Source of the DNA: a virus
Lineage: Duplodnaviria; Caudoviricetes
DNA length: 60,501 nt
IMG/VR virus record: IMGVR_UViG_3300027996_000034
Location: 1-60,501 of that record
Direction: 5' to 3' (one strand)
Position 1 is the stretch's first letter, and each line of letters opens with the position of its first letter. Position numbers and translations under genes: made by a program. Shown in pieces: positions 27,495 through 36,587 of this stretch. Under the pieces are notes generated by a model that saw only the letters and a program-made list of their open reading frames with translations, was not told the DNA's origin and did not search any database.

Positions 27495-29201
27495 TTAAGC
27501 TAATTGACCAGCATCGTTTTGAACACCGAACGACATGTACATAGTTTGTGGATGGAATCCAGCCTCAACTAAAGCATATCTAGATTTAACAGCGATTTTT
27601 GGCGCCATTGTACCTTCAGCAATAGTTTGAACAGATTCAGCCATTAGATATGGCATAAACACTAGTCCAGGAGAGTTTCCGTCACCTTTTCTACCTACAG
27701 TGATTCGAGTATCACTCCAGCTCATATATGGATCAACATAAACAACCAATCCAGCTAAAGTACCGATAGGGTACAATGAACCAGTTTGTTGGTTTAATGT
27801 ATTCATCATTGGAGCAGGAACGAATCCAGCACAATCTTGTAGTCCAGAACCAACTTGTCCGTTTGTTACTACAAATGTAGCAGGTCCACGTCTTCCTCGG
27901 ATAGCAATCAAGTTTCCAACCGCAAGGATCTTAGACATGATTTTTCTCTGACGAGTATGTAAGTTCTCTGCAGCTGAGTTAGTCTCAGAAGAATTAACTT
28001 GTGGATTTTGATCAAATAGACCAGGTAAAGCATCCATTGGGAATACTGAATTTCCACCAGTTACCCAATCAGATCCTCTAGAATCTAGAGTTGTTAATTG
28101 TGTTTGAGTAGAATAAAGACCACCAGTGGTAGTTCCAAGTAACAAGTTAAATTGAACGTTTTGCGTTGCAACAACTTGACCATGGTTAGTATAACCTAGT
28201 TTTCTAATTCTTGAAAGAATGTTCTTATTAATAGATTGAGTTAACTCGTTAATAAGTACTGACTCAACTTGAGCAACAGCATCTATACCGAATTGTTTCA
28301 AATCTTGAACTTGTTCTCTAGTAACTGCTGCAGCAACTTGGAAAGTTTGTGCCTCAATTGACTTATTGAATAAGCTTAAGTTCATTACATTCTCTTGATT
28401 AGATTCACCTTCTAGTCTTGACATCGGTTCGTTAGTATCATAACGATTTGATGAGAATCCTTGAACGTGATCTTCTAGAGCTTTTACTAAAACTGGTAAA
28501 CCAGCTAAAGTTACAATACCAGTACCACCACTTGCCCAAGTAAATGTTGTTCCTGCAGTTAAACCAGCAGCAACAGTTTGAGTAGCGTTAGCCATAGTAT
28601 CAACTCTAATAATATCGAATGCATCGATTCTAGATTCACCAACGTACATACCAGTAATACCTGTAGAAGTAACAACTACTTCTCCAGCAGATGGTGCAGT
28701 TGTTATGGCCCCTCCTGCAGGATCTGGTGTAATAGTACCATTAGATTTGATTAATAGTGGCATGTCCGGAGAAGCACCTCTATTTTGTGGAACTGGAAGA
28801 GCTCCGGTTTGTCCGATTGAAGGAACAAGTCCTCCACCGTAAACGAAGTCTAAGTATGTCAACACACCCATCGGTCCGTTCATTGGTACTACAGGTACTA
28901 GATCTAAACCAACAGTCTGTGCAGCAACTTGCATAGCAAGCGGAAGAAGAGTGTAAGGTTTATCACCGGAACCAGTAGTTTGAGTACCAAATCCAGATTG
29001 CAATCCAGGATCACCTGGGAATCTAGTAGCACCCATACCATTAACAGAACCAACTGTTGCAAAAGCATTATTCTCATACAACTCGTGGTTATGACAGTAT
29101 TTAGACATCCATTCTAATTTTCCTTTGTCCTCAATACCAGTAGTGGACTCGATAATTGGAGACCATTTTCCGTATATTTCGGATTCATTAATTAAATTCA
29201 T
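27495..29201 (-). CDS. gp23: Major capsid protein
   Basis: KWSPIIE, DLVPVVPMNGPMG, QDLKQFGIDA..LINELTQSINK, RRGPATFVV, GLVFMPY, KSRYAL. Confidence 0.95.
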   Translation of the reverse strand: MNLINESEIYGKWSPIIESTTGIEDKGKLEWMSKYCHNHELYENNAFATVGSVNGMGATRFPGDPGLQSGFGTQTTGSGDKPYTLLPLAMQVAAQTVGLDLVPVVPMNGPMGVLTYLDFVYGGGLVPSIGQTGALPVPQNRGASPDMPLLIKSNGTITPDPAGGAITTAPSAGEVVVTSTGITGMYVGESRIDAFDIIRVDTMANATQTVAAGLTAGTTFTWASGGTGIVTLAGLPVLVKALEDHVQGFSSNRYDTNEPMSRLEGESNQENVMNLSLFNKSIEAQTFQVAAAVTREQVQDLKQFGIDAVAQVESVLINELTQSINKNILSRIRKLGYTNHGQVVATQNVQFNLLLGTTTGGLYSTQTQLTTLDSRGSDWVTGGNSVFPMDALPGLFDQNPQVNSSETNSAAENLHTRQRKIMSKILAVGNLIAIRGRRGPATFVVTNGQVGSGLQDCAGFVPAPMMNTLNQQTGSLYPIGTLAGLVVYVDPYMSWSDTRITVGRKGDGNSPGLVFMPYLMAESVQTIAEGTMAPKIAVKSRYALVEAGFHPQTMYMSFGVQNDAGQLA

Positions 29202-29230
29202 GTTTGTCGAATTTTTTTTGTTTGGTTTGG

Positions 29231-30991
29231 TTATTTATTAAAGCGTCTTTTAAGTTCTTCCGTAACTGTGTCCATGTAAGCAGATGAAGTTTCGTAGTTA
29301 GAAGAATCATCAGATTCTTTTACTACTACTGTTTCGTTTATTTGCTCAGACGGATTATAAGCCCTTAGCTCACGGGTTGACCAGAAATGATCGATCTTGT
29401 ACTGTGTATCAAGAGTTCTCACCGATGCTTGAGCAGTAATAGAAGATTTTTGTGATTCGTTTATAGAATCCCAAGAACTTTTATATTTGCTCGGCATATT
29501 TTTTAGCCAATCGATTTTTGCTTCAGGCTCAACAAATACTGATTCCCATATTGCAGATGCATCAGTTGAACCGAACCACTCATTATTCTCAAATGTTCTA
29601 ATAACTTTCGCCTTAGTCTCATCATCAAATGATTTGTATTCAGTTCTCCTATCTTCATTTACAAAATGTAAGAAGTGAGTATTTGCAGAAGTTTCGTCCA
29701 CCTTTTGCTTCTTAGCGGATTCAACCAACGCTGAAATTTTCTCGTTTAATTCATTTTTGAATGTATTAGTTTCTATAATTAATTCATCAGCAGTTTCTTT
29801 AACTGTTTCTGATTCATTAATTGTTTCTCCAACATTTTTGGATTTGAAATTTTCATTCATTGTTTTAGAAACATAATCTTGGTATTTACCTAGATTTTCT
29901 ACATTATCTTTAACATACTCGGTATAATTAGCAACGGCATCAACACCTTCCATAACGTAATTAGAATATTCAATTACTTTATCTGTTTGTTCGTTTACAT
30001 AATCTTGATATCCGAAACGAGTATTTACATTTTCAGATATATGTTTAGAGTACTCAATGTTTTGATCGGTTTTAAGACCTACATATTCTGCATAATCTTT
30101 TACCTTTCCTAAATTTTCTATAATATAATCATTATGTGAAATAAGGCTATCAACATTTTCTGATAGATTCTCTACATAATTTCCGATTTGATTTACTCGT
30201 TTTGCAATAGCTTCTGAGTATTTAACTAAATCTGTATTTGCGGAAGCTTCATTTACCTTTTCAACTTCAGATTTTAATGAGTCAAAATTCTCTTTAACGA
30301 TTTTTGAATATTCGTTAAAATCTTCGACTGAAATAAAATTGCTGTTAGAATTAGACTCAGCTTCATTTATTGTTTCTTTTGGTGTAGTATTATCCATTGC
30401 TATTAATTCTTTTTGAATATCTGTATTAGTTTCTTCTATATATCCATTGATCTCGAAAATTCCTAGATTATCATCATCAACAAATCCATACTGTTCATTA
30501 ACTCGGTTGAGTTCTGCGTTTTCAAAACCAGGATCTGCAACTAAATCGTATGTAAATAATTTTTTAATTTTAACGTGGCCATTTTCTTGAACCACACCAG
30601 CAGCTCTACTAGAAATGTGTATTGGAATGCCACCATCAACAAGTGCTTGAGCTTGTTTTCCTGCGGTAGTATCTAATAACCGGATTTTTCCTCTAACAAC
30701 CTTGTTAGCTTTGTCATATGTTATTTCCTCAATAACATGAGATACATTTTGTAGAGAAATGTCAAATTGTTTTGGGTGATCTAATTCACCAAGAAGCTTA
30801 CCGCTTTTGAGTTTTTCTTGAAGACCTTCAATATGAGGCATCAACTCTTTCTCATCGTATATACGATTGTTCTTATTTTTTTTACCTATCTCAGAAAATA
30901 TTCCTTCTAATACATACTTGTCAGCGCCGGTTCCATTGGCTTCAAGTATACTAGTGGATCTTTCTAAGACTAATAATTTTGCGTCATTCAT
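29231..30991 (-). CDS. gp21: Prohead protease fused to scaffold/core (gp21-gp22-like)
   Basis: LEGIF..KNKNNRIY, LGELDHP, ISSRAAG, TYDLVADPGF, then ~400 aa acidic coiled coil. Confidence 0.9.
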   Translation of the reverse strand: MNDAKLLVLERSTSILEANGTGADKYVLEGIFSEIGKKNKNNRIYDEKELMPHIEGLQEKLKSGKLLGELDHPKQFDISLQNVSHVIEEITYDKANKVVRGKIRLLDTTAGKQAQALVDGGIPIHISSRAAGVVQENGHVKIKKLFTYDLVADPGFENAELNRVNEQYGFVDDDNLGIFEINGYIEETNTDIQKELIAMDNTTPKETINEAESNSNSNFISVEDFNEYSKIVKENFDSLKSEVEKVNEASANTDLVKYSEAIAKRVNQIGNYVENLSENVDSLISHNDYIIENLGKVKDYAEYVGLKTDQNIEYSKHISENVNTRFGYQDYVNEQTDKVIEYSNYVMEGVDAVANYTEYVKDNVENLGKYQDYVSKTMNENFKSKNVGETINESETVKETADELIIETNTFKNELNEKISALVESAKKQKVDETSANTHFLHFVNEDRRTEYKSFDDETKAKVIRTFENNEWFGSTDASAIWESVFVEPEAKIDWLKNMPSKYKSSWDSINESQKSSITAQASVRTLDTQYKIDHFWSTRELRAYNPSEQINETVVVKESDDSSNYETSSAYMDTVTEELKRRFNK

Positions 30992-31047
30992 GCGGAAAGA
31001 TTATTTTATCATTTTAATTATATATCTTCATCAATATATTGAAATTA

Positions 31048-32628
31048 TTATTCTTCTTCTGATGCCATATCATCGAGTTTCTTTTGTTCACGTTCCTTGA
31101 GCGTTTGATTTGATTTTATATCAGCCTCACTTAAGTCCATGAATCGTCGAATTAACCATTCAGAAGAGAAATATTTGATTTCGTTACCTTCAGGATCGAA
31201 GTCTACAAGACCATCTTTCATTGCGGTTACAAAGTCTATTCGTTTTTGAAGAAGTTCCATTTCTTTCATTTCTTCAAATATATTGTATTTGTTAAATTTA
31301 ACCCCAATCTGTGCTTTAAATGAATCATCATTCATTAAGTCAGGATAATCTAGAGTCATTTGGATCCATAGAGGTTTTACGATTATTTCTTGGAATGTTG
31401 ATCTTAATCTATTTATAAATCTACCAAATTTGATTTCATCTCGAGTCATTCCTTCAGCATTGATTTCCCATGATGGTGGGTTTTCAACATCAAAACGATT
31501 CATTGGAATTTTAGATACTCGTCTAAGATTTTCTTTAAAGTAATTTAAAGAACTTGTATCAGAAAGATCAGGACCATCACCACCGATTGTTTCGATTTGT
31601 GGAGAACCTGCGTCACCTTCAGGTAACCAATACTCTTTATTGAAAGGCATCATCGGACGACCATTTGTTTTCAATTCACCGCTATCATAATCAAAATCTA
31701 CTTGTTCTCGATAGTTTTGCATTAAAACACCAAGTGATTGTTTTGCTCTAGTTTTTGATTTACCACCAATTGGTATAATAAATTTAGTTTTGAATGATGA
31801 ATTAACAACCGCCCATATAATTCTAGAATGTTCCATAATTCTAAGAAGGTTAAATGATCTTATAAGTCTTTCAACATAAGAAATTCTAGTTGGAGAATTC
31901 ATATTTGCATATGATATGTAAATAATTTGAGAATCATAAAGAGATCTTGCTTTTGCAGGTATATCTTTAAATTGTTTCCAAACTCGTTTACCTTGATCGT
32001 CTAATCCAGGTTCTAATGTAATTGGATCTAGCTCTTTAAACCCTATTACATTTCGTTGTTCATTATCATATATTATCTCAAATGCGAGATATCCATCAAC
32101 TAGCCATTTTCTAAAATATGACCATGCCGTTATATCATTATTAAAACCAAAATATTGGTAAATTCGTTTATAATTGATTGATATAGCTCCTCTGATTTCT
32201 TCGACCTTTTCTTCTGCTAAAAGATCATCATCAAAAAGTATAGGATCTGCGAAATAGTTTTTATCATCATATACAATAACTTCATCACAAAGAGTGTCTA
32301 ATATTTCTTCAATTTCATCTTGTACTGCAAATCTTCGAAGTTCCTCTCGTTTCTTTGGATATGATTTATCAAATACTGATATAGATTTCTTTAATGCTAT
32401 ATCTGATAAAGCTAAGTTAGCAAATAATGCATAATCATCGTAATCTCCTCCAACTAAACCTCTTGGGTCATAAGTCCATCCGAACTGATCTTCAACAATA
32501 CCGACTGCTTGTGAATTACGAAGAACCATATCATCGTATTTCATACCAAATGAACTTAATTGTTTAAGTGCATTTGAGGCAACGAAACCTCTTCCTGAAG
32601 TATCATTCCTTTCTACAAATCCTGCCAT
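31048..32628 (-). CDS. gp20: Portal protein
   Basis: FRKWLVDGYLAFEI, FNLLRIMEHSRIIW, KEYWLPE, VSKIPMNRF, TRDEIKFGRFINRLR. Confidence 0.95.
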   Translation of the reverse strand: MAGFVERNDTSGRGFVASNALKQLSSFGMKYDDMVLRNSQAVGIVEDQFGWTYDPRGLVGGDYDDYALFANLALSDIALKKSISVFDKSYPKKREELRRFAVQDEIEEILDTLCDEVIVYDDKNYFADPILFDDDLLAEEKVEEIRGAISINYKRIYQYFGFNNDITAWSYFRKWLVDGYLAFEIIYDNEQRNVIGFKELDPITLEPGLDDQGKRVWKQFKDIPAKARSLYDSQIIYISYANMNSPTRISYVERLIRSFNLLRIMEHSRIIWAVVNSSFKTKFIIPIGGKSKTRAKQSLGVLMQNYREQVDFDYDSGELKTNGRPMMPFNKEYWLPEGDAGSPQIETIGGDGPDLSDTSSLNYFKENLRRVSKIPMNRFDVENPPSWEINAEGMTRDEIKFGRFINRLRSTFQEIIVKPLWIQMTLDYPDLMNDDSFKAQIGVKFNKYNIFEEMKEMELLQKRIDFVTAMKDGLVDFDPEGNEIKYFSSEWLIRRFMDLSEADIKSNQTLKEREQKKLDDMASEEE

Positions 32629-32664
32629 TTTTTATTTGTTTTTATTAGTTTATATATTCGTTTA

Positions 32665-33339
32665 CTATTTTGACCTTGCTCGGACTAAATAATCTTGGTA
32701 TAGTTTTATAAGTTGACTTTCATCAATTTGATCATAATCATCCCAATTAGCCATTACCATACGTATCCATTCTTCATAACAAACAACCGATAATTCGTAC
32801 ATTTGTCCCATATAATATTGTCGTAATGCAAAATCTAAACCCCATGCTTTTAAGTTCTTGGCTAAAAGATCATAAGTTATTGGTACTTGTTTTTGTTCAT
32901 ATGCTCGCCTCCATTTGTCACCAGCGGCAGATGATATAATATCTTGTTCGTAATATCTAAATATCTCACCAACCATCCAATATTTTACTTCTTTTGGTAA
33001 GAAATTTAAGTTTATACCAAGTTCTAAACCACTTGGACTTTTACCTAATGAAATTACTAATGGTGATCTATCCCAATATGCTAATCTATCCTTTGTTTTT
33101 GGATCATACCGAAATTTAAACATTTTTCCTTGGGTTAATTCTCCATCAGAAAATGTTTCTATATATGTGCTATCTTTATCATTTAAAGTTTCTTCATACC
33201 AATCCATAACATAAGCACTAGCCTGGTTAGCTCCGCCATATTTCTTTTCCCATAATTCTACATAGGCTTTAAAATCTCGATTTACTTGATCTAGTTCTGG
33301 TAAATCTGCAAATGCTTCACCTCTAATATTATCTCCCAT
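32665..33339 (-). CDS. gp2: DNA end protector protein
   Basis: GKMFKFRYDPKTKDRLAYWDRSPLV..GINLNFLP. Confidence 0.85.
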   Translation of the reverse strand: MGDNIRGEAFADLPELDQVNRDFKAYVELWEKKYGGANQASAYVMDWYEETLNDKDSTYIETFSDGELTQGKMFKFRYDPKTKDRLAYWDRSPLVISLGKSPSGLELGINLNFLPKEVKYWMVGEIFRYYEQDIISSAAGDKWRRAYEQKQVPITYDLLAKNLKAWGLDFALRQYYMGQMYELSVVCYEEWIRMVMANWDDYDQIDESQLIKLYQDYLVRARSK

Positions 33340-33813
33340 TTACTTAATTGTTTTGAAAAAATCTTCGGTTATTATTTTGAACTCCCATCCTTTTTTATTA
33401 CAGAATGCTTCAGCAAATTGAATTTTGCACATATTAGTAACATACATCTCGTATGCATATTTATAATTCTTAACAGACTTAACAGTCTTTCTTTTAGGTT
33501 TTTTAGGTTCTTTTAATTGAGCAGATGGCTTTATTTCGATTAGGTATTTTTTACCGCTAGACAGTTCTATAAAATAATCTGGAAAGTATTTATGTTCCTT
33601 TCCATCTAAACTATTTATATATGGGACTGTAACTGGTTCAGAAACCCATTTAACAACATCTAAAGTAGATTCACAGTACTTACAAAACTTATATTCCCAC
33701 GATGATCTATAAATTATAGGACCCTTTCCTATGTATTTTTTGCATTCGTTTATTGGGAAATAACCTTGCTTAAACTTTGATTTCCTCTTTGGCTTATTGT
33801 TTTTTATATTCAT
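33340..33813 (-). CDS. gp4: Head completion nuclease (TnsA-like)
   Basis: IIYRSSWE, WVSEP..PY, YFPDYF, LIEIKP, WEFKIITE. Confidence 0.92.
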   Translation of the reverse strand: MNIKNNKPKRKSKFKQGYFPINECKKYIGKGPIIYRSSWEYKFCKYCESTLDVVKWVSEPVTVPYINSLDGKEHKYFPDYFIELSSGKKYLIEIKPSAQLKEPKKPKRKTVKSVKNYKYAYEMYVTNMCKIQFAEAFCNKKGWEFKIITEDFFKTIK

Positions 33814-34175
33814 TATATTGAATAGATGCCTGCACCTTCTTCACCACCACCATTAATTCTGATAGTACCGCTATATTTTTTTGGATGTAATTTGTTCCAA
33901 CCTTTAGCATACCCCTTCTTTGCAATTTGAGTATAATATGCAAATGCATTTGTTGATTTTTCTGGATTGAATCGATCCCAATATTTGAATAAGTCCATCT
34001 GTGCGAAAGCAAGACAATCGCGTTTATCTTCAGGGTCTTTGTATTGTAATTTTCTTATTGCTCGTTCTGATAATAGAATAAGCATATCGATTGCATCTTT
34101 TGTTAGTTTTCCTTCTTCCTTCGATTTAATTATTTCAGGAACTAGGTTTTTATTTGTTACGTAGTGTACTGCCAT
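33813..34175 (-). CDS. gp55: Late-transcription sigma factor
   Basis: HYVTNK, FNPEKSTNAFAYYTQI. Confidence 0.88.
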   Translation of the reverse strand: MAVHYVTNKNLVPEIIKSKEEGKLTKDAIDMLILLSERAIRKLQYKDPEDKRDCLAFAQMDLFKYWDRFNPEKSTNAFAYYTQIAKKGYAKGWNKLHPKKYSGTIRINGGGEEGAGIYSI

Positions 34176-34212
34176 GTCAAGTCCTATAAGTATATTAATA
34201 ATTGGTTTAGTT

Positions 34213-34242
34213 ATTATATGACGTAAATTTGATAAAGTTTCA
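34213..34242 (-). promoter_or_regulatory. Putative middle promoter TGAAAC-N16-CATATAAT upstream of gp55
   Basis: Exact motif class. Confidence 0.75.
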
Positions 34243-34246
34243 AACT

Positions 34247-34273
34247 AAAAAAGGAGCCCAAAAAGGACTCCTT
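34247..34273 (-). terminator. Intrinsic terminator
   Basis: AAGGAGTCC-TTTTT-GGGCTCC-TTTTTT on the minus strand. Confidence 0.7.
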
Positions 34274-34293
34274 CCAAACGAGGGATAGTTTGA

Positions 34294-35763
34294 TTATATT
34301 GTTACGTCTAGATATTTCTTCTGAACTTCAATTATTTCGTTTGTAGGTAAAATAATAGATATCATATCTTTTCCACCAGATTCAGTATATTGTCCTGCAT
34401 TAACTTGGACTTTAGTTCCTGGACGAAATCCATTCGTTTTCATTTTTAATTCTCCTGGAACATAATCAGCATCACTAGCTTCATGTACTGTTACATTTTT
34501 AGATTTGAACATTTTATTTAATCTACCTTGTTGTGCTTCTAATGCATCGTTTAAAACTTTCTTAGCTTCTTTAATAGCATCCATATCATCCATATTTAAC
34601 TCAGAAAGTTTATTGATCTCATCTTTGATGTAATCAATTCTTTCATAAATATCATGTTCTGCTTTTGCTTTATCTGCATTTATTTTAGCTTCACCTTCTA
34701 GTAAATCTTGTACACTATTAGTGATATCATAATCAACGAATTCTTGTACTAAATTAACAGCATCAGAAGCCGTTTCAGTTTTAATTAATGTATTTTCATT
34801 CATTGATGGATTGATCTTATTGATATAAAGATTATTTCCAGATTTCATGACGTTAACTTCAACACCTTCATAAACATTTGACTTAATCGTTTCAACGAAA
34901 TCTAATTCATAAATACTATCGATTTTGTTTAATGCATGTTCTAATACTTTAATCGTATCATATTGGCCATATCTAAATTTTCCATTAGACATTAATTTTG
35001 CAGCTAATTGAGATTCTTTAACTAATTCACCATCTACATAAATTTCAGTACCTTTATCATCTTCATTAATAACTAAGTCAATATTGCAATTGTTTTCAGA
35101 TAGTCTAAGACCTTCTGCAGTTGGAGTAAAGTTTTTTGCTAATTGAACAAGCTTAGCGAAACTTTCATCTATTTCATCTCGGTGTGCTAAACGAATTTCT
35201 TCGCTCTCATCCATTGCATAAACTCTATCAGAAACACAAAAAATAGTTTCACCATTTACATTTTCTAAAACTGGAGATACCGGTCTAGTACTAGTGAAAC
35301 GGTTATCTGTTGTTTTATTTGTACCTGAAATGTTTTCGCTTAATGCAACTAATTCTTTAATTCCTGGTACCCATGAATGTTTTTTGAGTGTAGAAATAAC
35401 AGCATTTTTTAGTTGAGATTCACTAAGATCTTTAATTTCTTCTAATGCATTTATTGCAGCGGAGAATGATTTTTGATCTTTTGATGTTCTAATAGCTTCT
35501 AATGTGTTTAGAACGGCAAATGATAATTCATTATCTTTTGCAAATTTATAAGCTTCATTGATAAACGATTCAACTGGAGCTAACCAATCGAATGCTTTCA
35601 TTTCATTGCAAACATCTCGGAGAATATGATAATCAGATTTAAGTCCAATTTCTCTCATATATTTCTCTAAAATTAATCTACTAGAACCATTATTATCTGT
35701 TAATGATTCGTATAGAGATTCTAATCTAGTTCGCAAATCAAGAGTTTCTAATACTTTTGACAT
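34294..35763 (-). CDS. Hypothetical protein, probably virion/prohead associated
   Basis: 489 aa, late motif at 35793, several (L/I/V)xE motifs. Confidence 0.65.
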   Translation of the reverse strand: MSKVLETLDLRTRLESLYESLTDNNGSSRLILEKYMREIGLKSDYHILRDVCNEMKAFDWLAPVESFINEAYKFAKDNELSFAVLNTLEAIRTSKDQKSFSAAINALEEIKDLSESQLKNAVISTLKKHSWVPGIKELVALSENISGTNKTTDNRFTSTRPVSPVLENVNGETIFCVSDRVYAMDESEEIRLAHRDEIDESFAKLVQLAKNFTPTAEGLRLSENNCNIDLVINEDDKGTEIYVDGELVKESQLAAKLMSNGKFRYGQYDTIKVLEHALNKIDSIYELDFVETIKSNVYEGVEVNVMKSGNNLYINKINPSMNENTLIKTETASDAVNLVQEFVDYDITNSVQDLLEGEAKINADKAKAEHDIYERIDYIKDEINKLSELNMDDMDAIKEAKKVLNDALEAQQGRLNKMFKSKNVTVHEASDADYVPGELKMKTNGFRPGTKVQVNAGQYTESGGKDMISIILPTNEIIEVQKKYLDVTI

Positions 35764-35792
35764 TTTTGTATAGTTTTTTTAGTTATTATTGT

Positions 35793-36578
35793 TTATATAT
35801 CTTTGATTTTCTTTTGAATAATATATTCGTTGTTGATATCACCAGCTCCACCGTTAGAAAATGCTTTAGCTTCGTTCTTAATTGTTCCGATAACATTATA
35901 ATTTTCGAACAAACCATCGTCAAGCATTCCATCAACTGCTTTTTTAACACCAGGCGATTCTTTATGATCCATATAATCGTCGAATATTATTAGGCCACCA
36001 GGATTAACTGTTGCTTCATAGTTTTTAAAGTCTCGCTCAACCATATGTTTTGCATGTGATCCATCTATAAAGAATACATCAGCACCACCTGCCTTTTCAA
36101 TTGCAGCACAAGATTCTTTAATGATTTTAGGGTTATCTGATAGTCCAACAAATTTTTCTAAGGTTTGACCTTCGCTGATATATTTTGCTGTGTTATTATC
36201 GAACATTTTTTCTTGACCGGATTTAGCTTTGAATGGATCGATAGAAATATGAGATTTACCTTTTTTATTTTGAAGCATTAAGCACATAGATCCTCCACAA
36301 AAACTTCCAATTTCAGCAAATGTTTTATAGTCTTCTCCGAGCATTTCTGATAATGGATATGTTATATGAAAGTGATGGTGAAACGTATTTCCTTCCATAT
36401 CTTCACTTATTGATTGAACCATTTCAGAAGATTTCTTATATGATGGATGTTTAAGAATATCAGATTCTGTAAACATTTTAGTAGAAGATTTACCTTCATT
36501 CAATCCCCATTGTTCTACATCAGGGAATTGTTTATCATGCATTTCATTAAGAAAGTCTTTAAATGATAGTAATTTCAT
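35793..36578 (-). CDS. Class I SAM-dependent methyltransferase (Methyltransf_24-like) with capsid-targeting-like leader
   Basis: FAEIGSFCGGS, ISIDPF, VFFIDGSH, VNPGGLIIFDDY; leader MKLLSFKDFLNE. Confidence 0.85.
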   Translation of the reverse strand: MKLLSFKDFLNEMHDKQFPDVEQWGLNEGKSSTKMFTESDILKHPSYKKSSEMVQSISEDMEGNTFHHHFHITYPLSEMLGEDYKTFAEIGSFCGGSMCLMLQNKKGKSHISIDPFKAKSGQEKMFDNNTAKYISEGQTLEKFVGLSDNPKIIKESCAAIEKAGGADVFFIDGSHAKHMVERDFKNYEATVNPGGLIIFDDYMDHKESPGVKKAVDGMLDDGLFENYNVIGTIKNEAKAFSNGGAGDINNEYIIQKKIKDI

Positions 36579-36587
36579 ATTTGTATA

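Noticed and set aside
33794-34012. Alternative-frame minus-strand ORFs (also 934..1164, 8428..8643, 38867..39148, 41946..42134)
   Set aside because: Nested in well-supported genes, with no motifs or independent expression signals
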